Below are positions 24,525 to 33,548 of a stretch of 56,601 nucleotides of DNA, one piece after another. This DNA comes from a virus. Taxonomy: Duplodnaviria > Caudoviricetes. Below the pieces are notes generated by a model. It was not told the origin of the DNA. It did not search any database and saw only the letters and a program-made list of their open reading frames with translations. Within the stretch, counting starts at the first letter, position 1. The number at the start of each line of letters is the position of its first letter. Made by a program: the position numbers and the translations under genes. Where the stretch lies: positions 1 through 56,601 of the IMG/VR virus record IMGVR_UViG_3300032240_001377; one strand, 5' to 3'.

Positions 24525-25273
24525 AGCACGTCGATGTTCCATGTTCCGTCAATCTCCTCTGCTTGGTTGCTGAAAAACTGGCCTGTCTTCCGGTGGATGG
24601 CCCCGTACGCGAACCCGTGGGCCTGCCTCAATGTTCCCGGCTGTGCCGAGTTGTAGTCCATGGACAGATCGCAAAGACAACCCACTCCCCGTGCCACCCT
24701 TCGTTCCAATCCTGGGACTGGCGCCACGTCGATGGTGTGGGTGTGGCCGAAGTGGATGGAGCCGTATGTCAGTGCGTGCTGGCGAGCAGCGTTGACCCCG
24801 ATGTAGTACCCATGGGAAAACCCAGCCTGGCCAACAAACAGGATCCCGTGCCGCTTGTCGTACGGAAGCTGTTTTGCTCCAAGCTTTTTGACCCGTGAGT
24901 CAATGTCATGGATGGCATCCAGTGCCAGTTGATGGATCAACCCATCCTGATTTGAGGTATCCCGCAGGTGGTACAGCCGCTTCAGGTCGTGGTTGCCCCA
25001 AAGGATGTGCTTCTTTTCGCCTGTCTTGAAGTAGTCCTCCAGGAACTGGAAGCCTTCCGTCATGTCGCCCTTGATAGAGCAGGCCCTGTCCTCCGGCCCG
25101 GCTCCCCGGCGTAGGGCGGCTAGGTTGAACACATCCCCGCCGAATATTGTGATCTTAGGCTTGAAGTTCCCCATGAAGTCCAGCAACCGCTTGACGGTGG
25201 GACGGTGGAGGTGGTCGCCGTGGAGGTCGGAGGCGAATACGAACGGTTCCCAGAGTCCGGTTATGGTGGCCAT
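24521..25273 (-). CDS. Calcineurin-like metallophosphoesterase
   Basis: SDLH, GGD, GNHD, SHG and GHTH motifs. Confidence 0.85.
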   Translation of the reverse strand: MATITGLWEPFVFASDLHGDHLHRPTVKRLLDFMGNFKPKITIFGGDVFNLAALRRGAGPEDRACSIKGDMTEGFQFLEDYFKTGEKKHILWGNHDLKRLYHLRDTSNQDGLIHQLALDAIHDIDSRVKKLGAKQLPYDKRHGILFVGQAGFSHGYYIGVNAARQHALTYGSIHFGHTHTIDVAPVPGLERRVARGVGCLCDLSMDYNSAQPGTLRQAHGFAYGAIHRKTGQFFSNQAEEIDGTWNIDVL

Positions 25274-25326
25274 AATCTTTACCGATCCTTGGTAAATACC
25301 CCAGTACCACCGTCTTTTGCAAGGCT

Positions 25327-25476
25327 TCAGTCATCCTCGTCCCGGCTGCACCACATGCAGGCCGCCTCGTCGTCTTCAGGACGGAACAGGTCTCCACAGG
25401 AAGCACACCGGACAGGACTGTTCTGGAAGTGGCGGTCGATGTCGGCCGGGTCCATGGATGGGGGTAGGTTTTCCAT
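25327..25476 (-). CDS. Small Zn-finger protein
   Basis: CASC...CMWC, 49 aa. Confidence 0.45.
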   Translation of the reverse strand: MENLPPSMDPADIDRHFQNSPVRCASCGDLFRPEDDEAACMWCSRDEDD

Positions 25477-26541
25477 TCACTTCATCCCCATGGTTGCAAA
25501 CAGTGGGTACTGTCCAACAGCAGGATAGACCGCCATAGGCACAGTGGTATCGGCCATCCTCACCTCGACAAACTGGCAGTCCAGCGCCTCAAGAATGGGC
25601 AGCAGGGCAGGCAGCCACACTGTCAGGGACGTATCAACCAAGTCCACGTTGAGCACATTCAACTCCACATCGGCATGGTAGTCATTGTCGGCCACACCCC
25701 GGTCCACATGGAGCCGGCCTTCCTTGATGGACAACAAGGCTGTCATCAACAGCTTGTCGGCAGACGGGACGGACGCAGCCCCACGCAGTGCAGCCAGGAA
25801 GACCTCCCGGTCAATTGTGAACAGCCTTGGCGCACTGACCAGCTTGCCTAGCATCTTCTCCCCCACCACAGCCAGCCGTTCATGGTGGACCACGGTGGAC
25901 GCAATCCCTCTTGAGGTGTTGATGCAGAACCGCCGTCCATTGTGGAGCAGGGAGACTTCCCCTTCCAGCCCTTGAAGGATGGGGACGAACTCGATGGGGA
26001 CGAACAGGGGTTCAGCCAGGTTGCACTTCCCTTCCACCACCGAGACCGCGAAGTTGCGCCGGTCCATGGACAGCAGGTGCAACCCACCTTCACTACTCAT
26101 CTGGAGATGGTCCAGCCCACCGTGGACCATGGCCGACCCTGCAAAGATGGACGCCTGCTTCACAGCCTTGGACAGGATCTCCCCGTCGCACTGGAAGAAC
26201 TCGTCCCACTTGTACTCAGGCCAGGACCAGTCACGCTGGTCGAACAGTGAAACCTTCAGCCTGGTTGTCCCGCACCTGATCTCGGCTTCCTTGTCCGATA
26301 GGGCGGTGATGGTTACCAAGTCCGACCCCGGCCCACGAAGGAACGCCTCCACCCCATGGGCTGGGATGGTCATGGGTGCCACCGGTTCACCGTCAATCAG
26401 GTATTCACCGGTGGTCTCGCCACTGGTCACCTGGATGGAAGTCCCAGTGAACCGGTAGGATGGATGGATGGTGGACTTCCTGCGGTGCAGCTTGGACAGG
26501 AATGAGATGGCGTCAGACAGGACGGACCGTTTGATAGTCAC
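25477..26541 (-). CDS. DNA polymerase III beta (sliding clamp) homologue
   Basis: 354 aa; three-domain repeat pattern; LSMDRRNFA resembles ATDGHRL; IDR..FL.AL. Confidence 0.65.
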   Translation of the reverse strand: MTIKRSVLSDAISFLSKLHRRKSTIHPSYRFTGTSIQVTSGETTGEYLIDGEPVAPMTIPAHGVEAFLRGPGSDLVTITALSDKEAEIRCGTTRLKVSLFDQRDWSWPEYKWDEFFQCDGEILSKAVKQASIFAGSAMVHGGLDHLQMSSEGGLHLLSMDRRNFAVSVVEGKCNLAEPLFVPIEFVPILQGLEGEVSLLHNGRRFCINTSRGIASTVVHHERLAVVGEKMLGKLVSAPRLFTIDREVFLAALRGAASVPSADKLLMTALLSIKEGRLHVDRGVADNDYHADVELNVLNVDLVDTSLTVWLPALLPILEALDCQFVEVRMADTTVPMAVYPAVGQYPLFATMGMK

Positions 26542-26717
26542 GAAAGTATGGCCGTATGGCGGCCGAGTCGCTGGTTGTTTTCACGTACGATGGAGCCAGT
26601 GAAACGAGTTTCACTATCAACATGGATCATCACCACATCGTCTAGCTTTGCGTTCCGTTGGAGCAGTTCGATCAGCTCGCTCACCGTGTAGTACGGCTCT
26701 CCTTTTTCGGTGGTCAT
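26538..26717 (-). CDS. Hypothetical protein
   Basis: TVSELIELLQ motif common in small phage proteins; promoter TTGACG-17-CAGTGT upstream. Confidence 0.5.
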   Translation of the reverse strand: MTTEKGEPYYTVSELIELLQRNAKLDDVVMIHVDSETRFTGSIVRENNQRLGRHTAILS

Positions 26718-26780
26718 TTCGTTTGTTTCCTTGTTCGTTTCAAACACTGGTCGATACCGTCAAATACGTCAATAGAGAAT

Positions 26781-27164
26781 TTACTTCAGCTTGTGGATTT
26801 GCTCCACCATCCAGCCCAGCAGGTAGCAGTAGGTCTCCTGTGTGGACTCGTTCAGCACCATCCCCTTGGACTCAAGCTGGCGGAACACCGCATGGAGGCA
26901 TTCGTGGACCACTGTCCCGGCAAAGTCCGCATCGTTGTCAGGCTTTCCAATCCAGATGGCCGAACCCACCACCCCGTTATTGGTAAAGTGGGTGTGGACG
27001 CCTGATGCGCCTTCGACAAGCACCTTCCATTTGCCTCCTATGGCCTTCTGGAACAGCTTGATTGATTCGGACTGAGTCCCTCCCAGCACAACATAGACAT
27101 TGAACTTGAAGGTCTCATTGTACAGGTGGTGGACCTTGTTCTTGGCCTTGGATTTTGATGCCAT
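26781..27164 (-). CDS. HExxH minimal metallopeptidase-like protein
   Basis: VVHECLHAV...QETYCYL. Confidence 0.6.
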   Translation of the reverse strand: MASKSKAKNKVHHLYNETFKFNVYVVLGGTQSESIKLFQKAIGGKWKVLVEGASGVHTHFTNNGVVGSAIWIGKPDNDADFAGTVVHECLHAVFRQLESKGMVLNESTQETYCYLLGWMVEQIHKLK

Positions 27165-27339
27165 GGGTAATCAGGTGGGCTATGAAGTGGGTGGCTGCGA
27201 TTATGAGTAGCTGCTTCTGGTCGTCCAAGAGGGGCAGGACATCATTGGACTCAAATCCATCGTCCACTACCTCAGCAAACCCCATGGCCTCCATCTCGAT
27301 GGAAGTCTGGAGCAGGATGGCCTTGTCGGCGTCGTTCAT
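27115..27339 (-). CDS. Hypothetical protein
   Basis: ATGA coupling to upstream gene. Confidence 0.45.
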   Translation of the reverse strand: MNDADKAILLQTSIEMEAMGFAEVVDDGFESNDVLPLLDDQKQLLIIAATHFIAHLITHGIKIQGQEQGPPPVQ

Positions 27340-28106
27340 ACAACAGGGGCCAGTGCCAGGTACGCCTTCTGTTCCATGTGCGCCCACTCGGCCACCTCGA
27401 ACTGGCCTTTCAATCCATGGGTGGCGGCCAGGTTGTGGTACTCATGCTGCCCTGTCTGGGCCTTCCGCATGTACACCTTTGGTTGTCCAAGAGGGGGATT
27501 GGCCAGCTCGTCCACGGTAACCGAGTGGTCCTTGAACCTGTCCTGTACCAGCCCACCCCAGAACACCTCAATGAACTGGTCGCTCCGTTGCTTGGCGTTC
27601 TGGCATTGGGACACGTAGGCGTCCCGGAGCATCTGGGCCGTCACCTTCTCTGGACGCCAAGCCACCACATCGGTCAGTATGGTGAACTTGTTGAAGAACC
27701 TGGCCGAGGCACGGGCGAACGACAGCATCTTCGGCTGGCCAGGCACCACGATCCACTTGTCCTGGTCCTTGAACGGGTCCAGTAGGAGGGACTGGATGCC
27801 GTCCAATGGGATCAGCCGTTGACTCAGCTTGACCGCTACATCCGCTCCCACTTGAGAAGCAAAGGCCGCCCCGTTGATGAAGGCTTGAAGGTCGCCGGAC
27901 GTGTGGGACCTACGGTGGGGCGGGCACATGTACGAGCATCCGTGGGTGCGGGCAATCTGTTCGATGGCGCCTGATTCCTGGGACCGGTCGTCCGACAGCA
28001 GGATGGGCACATCCTCCCCGAACACCTTCCGGCACTGGACCACATTCAACTCGATGAAGTCTGGCAGCCGGTAGCAGCCGATGGTGATGGCTATGGATGG
28101 GGTCAT
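27336..28106 (-). CDS. GT-A fold glycosyltransferase-like protein
   Basis: IAITIGCY, ILLSDDRS, ADVAVKL N-terminal nucleotide-sugar fold pattern. Confidence 0.6.
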   Translation of the reverse strand: MTPSIAITIGCYRLPDFIELNVVQCRKVFGEDVPILLSDDRSQESGAIEQIARTHGCSYMCPPHRRSHTSGDLQAFINGAAFASQVGADVAVKLSQRLIPLDGIQSLLLDPFKDQDKWIVVPGQPKMLSFARASARFFNKFTILTDVVAWRPEKVTAQMLRDAYVSQCQNAKQRSDQFIEVFWGGLVQDRFKDHSVTVDELANPPLGQPKVYMRKAQTGQHEYHNLAATHGLKGQFEVAEWAHMEQKAYLALAPVV

Positions 28107-28128
28107 TTGGTTGTTACTTCCTGTCATA

Positions 28129-28296
28129 TCATTCCATAACCGCATACACCACCATCAACGGCCCGCACGCCACCGCCCCGATCACATCGCCTATCCTGTC
28201 CCAGAACAGGAAGTGGCAGACTACCATGGGGATGATCCATACAGCCAACCACAGGATGGCCAGGATGTAGAGGACTGCTCGGATGGTGGATTTCAT
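28129..28296 (-). CDS. Small membrane protein
   Basis: Two hydrophobic segments, 55 aa. Confidence 0.5.
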   Translation of the reverse strand: MKSTIRAVLYILAILWLAVWIIPMVVCHFLFWDRIGDVIGAVACGPLMVVYAVME

Positions 28297-29252
28297 TTTA
28301 CGTTCCTCTCGGAATACTTGGTCAGTGCATCCCCCATGGACTCCCGGATCAGCTCCGGATCCCGGTCCACGTAGGACATGAACATCTTCGGGTCCTTGTG
28401 CCCGACAATCTGGCAGCCCACCAATGGATTGATGCCACCATTGGCCAACCGGGTAATCAGTCCTCTCCGGAATGAATGGGGGGTGAACCCGCGAGCCCGC
28501 AGGCCCGACTTGTTCAGGGCCGCATTCATGCGCTGGATGAATCGCCGGTTGCTCACATCGAGCCAAGCATGGGGGTGGACGTACTCCACGTTGGGCACGT
28601 TGGGCCAGAGGTAGCGGTCCCTGTCCCGCTTGGTGGCGCGGTCACGGATCATCCCAGCCAGCTGACAACAGGGATCCACCGGGATGATGCATGGCTTGTC
28701 GTAGTTTCGGATCTTCTGGCGGACCTTCTGGATGATCCACCGCTCCATGTCCACCTCCTCCCACAACAGCCCCGCCGCGTCCACCAGGGCCAGACCGGTG
28801 TTGAACATGAGGCAGTACAGCCAGTGGGAGTTGGGATCCTTGTCGTGGTCCAGCAGGATCCGGTACTCCCGTTCCATGACGGGAGGATGGAAGATGGGCT
28901 TCTTGGCAGGAGGCGGACGGATGCCATTGGCTGGGCTGTTCCGGCAGTACCCAGCCATGACCAGCCAAGCGCAGAACTGCTTCACCCCAGCCCATTCCAC
29001 GCTGCCACCAGCCCCTTCCCGGGTACGGATCAGGTGGTCCCGGTAGGCCAGCAGGTTGGGCCGGCTCAATGGACGCCCAGCCAGGAACAGTTCAAGGTTT
29101 TTGACGCAGTATCCAATCCTCCCAAGGGACGATTCGGTCAGTTCCGTCCGCCTCTCGGCCAGGAACTCCTTGGCCAAGTCGAACAGGGACGGCATCCGGA
29201 CCACCTCCCGCAATGGGGGCAATGGTTCCACCACCAGTTCCAGTTCGTTCAT
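28293..29252 (-). CDS. Tyrosine recombinase / integrase (Arg-I replaced by Ala)
   Basis: TGLA.D, RQK, HSFRR, VGH and Y motifs; SAM-like N-terminal domain. Confidence 0.85.
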   Translation of the reverse strand: MNELELVVEPLPPLREVVRMPSLFDLAKEFLAERRTELTESSLGRIGYCVKNLELFLAGRPLSRPNLLAYRDHLIRTREGAGGSVEWAGVKQFCAWLVMAGYCRNSPANGIRPPPAKKPIFHPPVMEREYRILLDHDKDPNSHWLYCLMFNTGLALVDAAGLLWEEVDMERWIIQKVRQKIRNYDKPCIIPVDPCCQLAGMIRDRATKRDRDRYLWPNVPNVEYVHPHAWLDVSNRRFIQRMNAALNKSGLRARGFTPHSFRRGLITRLANGGINPLVGCQIVGHKDPKMFMSYVDRDPELIRESMGDALTKYSERNVK

Positions 29253-29300
29253 GCCAGAACAGCCTTCTCCATGGAGGCTAAAGCGTCAAGCGTCAACTTG

Positions 29301-29546
29301 CTATCCGGGTGGTCCCAGTAGGCCGAGATGAATGGTAGCTTGGACGGTGATCCATTGATCCACAGGAAGATGGACTTGGTGGCTGGCCAGTTCAAGGCTA
29401 GCACAGTTCTCCTCCGTCAGATGACATTCAGCTAGCTGGCGCAAGGCAAACTCCATACGTTCCAGCTTGTCCGCTGCCAGTAGCCGATCATCCAAGCTCT
29501 CATAGGCGCTCTCACGCAGCCATTGGACTAGTTCCTTGTTGGTCAT
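29301..29546 (-). CDS. Hypothetical protein
   Basis: LV..LR...AAD.LE motif common in phages. Confidence 0.55.
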   Translation of the reverse strand: MTNKELVQWLRESAYESLDDRLLAADKLERMEFALRQLAECHLTEENCASLELASHQVHLPVDQWITVQATIHLGLLGPPG

Positions 29547-29710
29547 CGGTCCTTCCTCCTTCTCCAAGTGGACGGGCCGTAGTCCCGTCGCTTCATGGCC
29601 GCGTCAACCTGTCGCTTGGTCTCGGACGGTTTGTCCAGTGGGGCCATACCCTCCCCGCGCATCTGCATGGACCGGTGCAGGCAGGGTTTAGTCGAGTTCG
29701 ATTCTTTCAT
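29543..29710 (-). CDS. Hypothetical protein
   Basis: Chain of overlapping small ORFs. Confidence 0.35.
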   Translation of the reverse strand: MKESNSTKPCLHRSMQMRGEGMAPLDKPSETKRQVDAAMKRRDYGPSTWRRRKDR

Positions 29711-29849
29711 GGTGGAACAGTTTTCCTTTAGCTGCGATTTGTATGTGGATTCCGAGGATGAAGCCGGCCTTGCAGTAATCCGACAGGACCTTGACCGCCT
29801 CGGCGGCTGTTGGGTAGCTGGTGATCTGTTTTGAATCAACGAGGTACAA
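29688..29849 (-). CDS. Hypothetical protein
   Basis: TTG start just after the upstream stop. Confidence 0.35.
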   Translation of the reverse strand: MYLVDSKQITSYPTAAEAVKVLSDYCKAGFILGIHIQIAAKGKLFHHERIELD

Positions 29850-29850
29850 C

Positions 29851-30030
29851 CTAACCTGACTTGAGTCTGGCCTTGTAGGCCCTGTTGCGGGCGAGCCGTC
29901 GCTGGTTGCCCCGTTCCCAAGCATCTGGCTTGAGCCAGGTTTCAAGGAATCGCCCACCGCTCTTGTAGTATTGAACGAACCGCATCCCGTCCCGTCTCCT
30001 GTCCCCGTACTTGTGGATGGTCTCATTCAC
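29851..30030 (-). CDS. Hypothetical protein
   Basis: GTGA coupling; K.GD.R.DG..F..Y motif. Confidence 0.5.
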   Translation of the reverse strand: MNETIHKYGDRRRDGMRFVQYYKSGGRFLETWLKPDAWERGNQRRLARNRAYKARLKSG

Positions 30031-30287
30031 TTGTTCCTCCTGGCCTTGACCCATTCCAGCCGCCATTTGAAGTGCGAGAACCCGCCCGTCATCTTGGACA
30101 GCATGGCCGCGCTGATCCCGCTCCATTCCATCACCTGTGCCCGGCCAGCATCGGCCGCCATGGCATCCCAGATGGCCCACACCTGGTCTTTGGTGAACCG
30201 TTCCTGGCAACCGGGCTTCTTGGGTGTGCCGGGGAATGGGGGTAGTGGGATCAATGGCTTGGCCAGCCCTGTCTTGTTGGTAATCAC
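30027..30287 (-). CDS. Small HTH-like protein
   Basis: RAQVMEWSGISAAMLSKM. Confidence 0.45.
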   Translation of the reverse strand: MITNKTGLAKPLIPLPPFPGTPKKPGCQERFTKDQVWAIWDAMAADAGRAQVMEWSGISAAMLSKMTGGFSHFKWRLEWVKARRNK

Positions 30288-30448
30288 AGATAGCCTTTCT
30301 GCCTGCGGAACTGCTGCTTGATCTCATTGGCCTGTTGTTCAGCCTGGATCCGCTGGCTCCGGGACATCCGGTACATGTCCAGCCAGAAGGCGAAGATGGC
30401 TCCCAGCAGGAACCCGATGAAGGCGGCGAGGATGGTTTCAGTGGTCAT
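30284..30448 (-). CDS. Small single-pass membrane protein
   Basis: MTTETILAAFIGFLLGAIFAFWL + coiled coil. Confidence 0.55.
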   Translation of the reverse strand: MTTETILAAFIGFLLGAIFAFWLDMYRMSRSQRIQAEQQANEIKQQFRRQKGYL

Positions 30449-30531
30449 GGTTCATGGTTGTTCTTTGGTTTGGTCAGCCTTGCTTGGCCTCCCGCTTCTC
30501 CCGCGCCCAGCGGACGGGGAGATTCAGGTGG

Positions 30532-30831
30532 TCACATTCCGATCACTCGGCGAGCGTCCTTGGCCCATCCCGACAGGATTGGATTTCCGTCCGCATTCTC
30601 GGTTTCAACCCGCCAGATGGCCGCTTCAATCAAGGACCGCATCTCCTCGCGGTCTGGTGACGGCCGATCCACACCCATTCCCCTGGCCTTTGCCGCCATC
30701 TCCCTGGCCAACAGGAACGCACGGGCCGCTTCTGTTGGTTGCTTGGTCCTGAATGCCTCACTGTAGGCCGATTGAAGCGGCGCAAGACAGGCTTCCAAGG
30801 CTTCCAGCAGTTCGCTTTCCAAGGTGGTCAT
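30532..30831 (-). CDS. Hypothetical protein
   Basis: ELLEALE motif, ATGA coupling. Confidence 0.55.
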   Translation of the reverse strand: MTTLESELLEALEACLAPLQSAYSEAFRTKQPTEAARAFLLAREMAAKARGMGVDRPSPDREEMRSLIEAAIWRVETENADGNPILSGWAKDARRVIGM

Positions 30832-31133
30832 TCCTGCCCCCTTACCTTGGCGATGGTGGAGCGGGCGGCAGCTAGAATGTCGGAGCAGGATGGTCCCTCC
30901 AACTCAAGCTGCTCCGCGATCTCTTCCAACGCCTCCAGCAACTCCGGCGCGGCGGCGATCAGGCGGGCGTTGGCGGCCATTTCAGAATTGGACGGCACTG
31001 GCCCAAACGCGGGATCGGAGCACAGTTCGCCAATCACAGTCCGACCCCCCAGCCCCCAGATAGTCACATCGTGCGTCAGATTCGTCCCGTTGCCGTAATT
31101 GCAACGCCACGGCCCCGGCGTATGCGTGTTCAT
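30828..31133 (-). CDS. Conserved phage hypothetical (HTPGPW family)
   Basis: HTPGPW...ANARLIAAAPELLEAL. Confidence 0.75.
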   Translation of the reverse strand: MNTHTPGPWRCNYGNGTNLTHDVTIWGLGGRTVIGELCSDPAFGPVPSNSEMAANARLIAAAPELLEALEEIAEQLELEGPSCSDILAAARSTIAKVRGQE

Positions 31134-31480
31134 CGCTGTGCCCCCTCGATCACGTCCAACCGGACGGCAGTTGATTCGGCAGAGAATGCCAGGACCAGCC
31201 AAGCCAGCCCCAGCAGGACCGTGATGGCCACCACGCCCAGCAGGATGCGCCGCCCGTCCTTGTAGTCCCGGTCAGCCAGGGCCGCACGGGTCTCGATGGG
31301 CAACAGTTTAACCTGTGCCAATGTCATCTTGCGGACGGTGGAACGGGATGGAAGGGCCGAGCCGTAGCCTGGAGCTGGACGGGTGGCCGGTTCGTTGTTG
31401 GGGTCAAAGCCAATCCAGTTGCGGAGGGCTTGGTTGGTTGGTGGGGTGGGGCAGACTTGCCGCCATGGATTCGGTTTCAT
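31130..31480 (-). CDS. Membrane-anchored hypothetical protein
   Basis: C-terminal TM helix; AACC-repeat leader. Confidence 0.55.
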   Translation of the reverse strand: MKPNPWRQVCPTPPTNQALRNWIGFDPNNEPATRPAPGYGSALPSRSTVRKMTLAQVKLLPIETRAALADRDYKDGRRILLGVVAITVLLGLAWLVLAFSAESTAVRLDVIEGAQR

Positions 31481-31502
31481 TTTTGGTTGGTTGGTTGATT
31501 GG

Positions 31503-31778
31503 TTAGAACTCTTCCCGCGTGGTTCGCTCGCCCGGTGTGTACATCGTCGCCAGTTCCCGGGCCTGAGCCAGCACCCGGGCCGAGTGGCCGCGCTTGGTCC
31601 CGTAGTCCATGCGGACCCGGCCAAGGTGGGCCAGTACCTGGAACTTACCACAGGAACGCATGTCCCGGAAGCCGTCCCGCACCCGGAGGACATAGACGGC
31701 GCAAGTGGTTCCGAATCCCCTTGTCCTGGCCGTGCCCGTGGGGATTTGCGGGCAATGCACGATCACTTTTTCTTTCAT
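31503..31778 (-). CDS. Early hypothetical protein
   Basis: ORF with A/C-rich leader. Confidence 0.5.
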   Translation of the reverse strand: MKEKVIVHCPQIPTGTARTRGFGTTCAVYVLRVRDGFRDMRSCGKFQVLAHLGRVRMDYGTKRGHSARVLAQARELATMYTPGERTTREEF

Positions 31779-31853
31779 GGGTTTTGTTTTTCAAAGGCTG
31801 GATTGACCGGACCACACTCCCCCGGCCGATCCAGGGAGCGGGATCCGATCACT

Positions 31854-32060
31854 TCACAGTTCCATCAACTCCCGCTGTAGGGCCGTACCGTAGTCGCGGA
31901 CATACGCCGTCACCTCGCCTTGCGTCCACGGCCCTACGCCGTCCCGGTGCGTCCTGGGAAGGTTCCCGTTTGTCTGGATGGAGAATGCGCGACAGTCGCC
32001 CAGCTTGACCCGGCAAACCTTGTTTCCGTTGCCGTCCATTCCGATTTTTTGGGTGGTCAT
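31854..32060 (-). CDS. Early hypothetical protein
   Basis: DGNGN...FSIQTNGNLP motif. Confidence 0.55.
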   Translation of the reverse strand: MTTQKIGMDGNGNKVCRVKLGDCRAFSIQTNGNLPRTHRDGVGPWTQGEVTAYVRDYGTALQRELMEL

Positions 32061-32080
32061 CTGTGGAGTGTGTCAGTAGT

Positions 32081-32752
32081 TCACCAAACGAATCCAAGGC
32101 TTTCCACGTCGCGGCGGAAATCCGCCAGCAAAGCCGGAAGCCGGGCCAGGAGAGCCGCCCTCAACTCCGCAGGCTCCGCGCACAACTCCGCATCGGTGGC
32201 CTCAGGCCAGACCGCAGCACTCCGGGCCGCGTCCAGTTCCCGCGCCTTCCCTTCACCGGTCCGGCCGTACGGCTTCCATTCGCAGACGACAGGCGTGGGC
32301 TTCTTGGTAGAATAAACGTCCCGCACTTCAAGGTCTGGAATCACCAAAACCCAATTCGGGACGCCTTCAACGCCGCCGTTCTGCTTCCCTCGAGACGTGT
32401 GCTGCCGAAACTCACCGGCAAGCAATCCGTGGCAATCCCGGATTCCGGCATGATAAACGGTGTTCCCTACATAGTGCATCGGGCCGTCTGTGGAGCAAAG
32501 ATGCCATTTGATGAATGGAGCCAGTTCCGGGAACACGCGGGCAATGTCTTCATGCAGACAACCGCCGGCTTCGATGTCGTTCCGCCGCTTGCTGGCCGGC
32601 GTGACAACTACGGCGGTGATCGAAAACGTATTGTGCCCGTTCCCGCACTGGTCATCAAACCGAACGGTTGCGGTGATAGTGGCTCCAGACCCGTATCCCG
32701 TGACGGGGCGCGGTCCGTATGTTTTGAACTGGCTTTTTGTTGGTGTGCTCAT
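32081..32752 (-). CDS. Conserved early phage protein
   Basis: DDQCGNGHNTFSIT...GGCLHEDI..FPEL...KWHLC...PMHY..N motif pattern. Confidence 0.65.
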   Translation of the reverse strand: MSTPTKSQFKTYGPRPVTGYGSGATITATVRFDDQCGNGHNTFSITAVVVTPASKRRNDIEAGGCLHEDIARVFPELAPFIKWHLCSTDGPMHYVGNTVYHAGIRDCHGLLAGEFRQHTSRGKQNGGVEGVPNWVLVIPDLEVRDVYSTKKPTPVVCEWKPYGRTGEGKARELDAARSAAVWPEATDAELCAEPAELRAALLARLPALLADFRRDVESLGFVW

Positions 32753-32836
32753 GCGTTTCGATTTGTTGGTTTGTTTGGGCGGTATGCCCGGACCCGGTAA
32801 CCTTAGGAAATGGATCCCCAAGGTCACCGCGTCCGA

Positions 32837-32986
32837 TCACTTGGCCGTTCGGATGAACTGGCGGAAATAGGCCACCGCTTCTTTGCGGGTGAAATCGTAA
32901 TAAGTTTTCCGGACAAGGTAACCGTTGACCATGGCGGACAGTTCAAGGGCTCCGGACGGGAAAAGGATGGTGGTTGTGATTTTCAT
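32837..32986 (-). CDS. Early hypothetical protein (49 aa)
   Basis: MKITTILFPSGALELSAMVNGYLVRKTYYDFTRKEAVAYF... Confidence 0.55.
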   Translation of the reverse strand: MKITTTILFPSGALELSAMVNGYLVRKTYYDFTRKEAVAYFRQFIRTAK

Positions 32987-33007
32987 TTGTCCCTATTGTC
33001 TAGGAAA

Positions 33008-33526
33008 TCAGGCTTCCGGTTCATCGCACGGAACCAGGTTCTCCCCTTGCTGGCGGTTTAAACTTTCACACTTCATGCCGCACCCGTCGCAAGTGTCCTC
33101 CCCGAAAGCCGGGTCATTGTCGGAATCCTCCGGCCGGGTCCATTCCTCCCCGCACTTGCACCGATAAGAGACAACCCACCACCCGCCAAGTTCCAGATAG
33201 TGCTCGCCGTACACGTGCGCGGCATCGGTCAACTTCCGTCCCGTCTCGCCGTATCCATGATCCCAAAAGCCGGCCCCGTGGCGGTTACGAGTCAGCCAAA
33301 AATCGTGACCGTTTTGGCTGTCGTCGCCGGCACTGGCCAGCAAGTCCGCATTGGCTTCCTGGAAGTCACGGCAATCCGTTTCGGCCTGTTTGATAAAGTC
33401 ATCCGGGATGCGTGAAAGCATGTCCGGGCTTGCGTAGTATTCACCCGAGCCGGGGCAAGGGTCGGTTGTCCACAGTGCGGCTGTGAGATAGGCGGACAGG
33501 AAAGGATCGGAGGGGAGCGTTTTCAT
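33008..33526 (-). CDS. Conserved early phage protein with C-terminal Zn ribbon
   Basis: YLTAALWT...GHDFWLTRNRHGAGFWD; CKC...CDGC. Confidence 0.65.
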   Translation of the reverse strand: MKTLPSDPFLSAYLTAALWTTDPCPGSGEYYASPDMLSRIPDDFIKQAETDCRDFQEANADLLASAGDDSQNGHDFWLTRNRHGAGFWDHGYGETGRKLTDAAHVYGEHYLELGGWWVVSYRCKCGEEWTRPEDSDNDPAFGEDTCDGCGMKCESLNRQQGENLVPCDEPEA

Positions 33527-33548
33527 GCTTACAGTCTAGGAAATTGGG

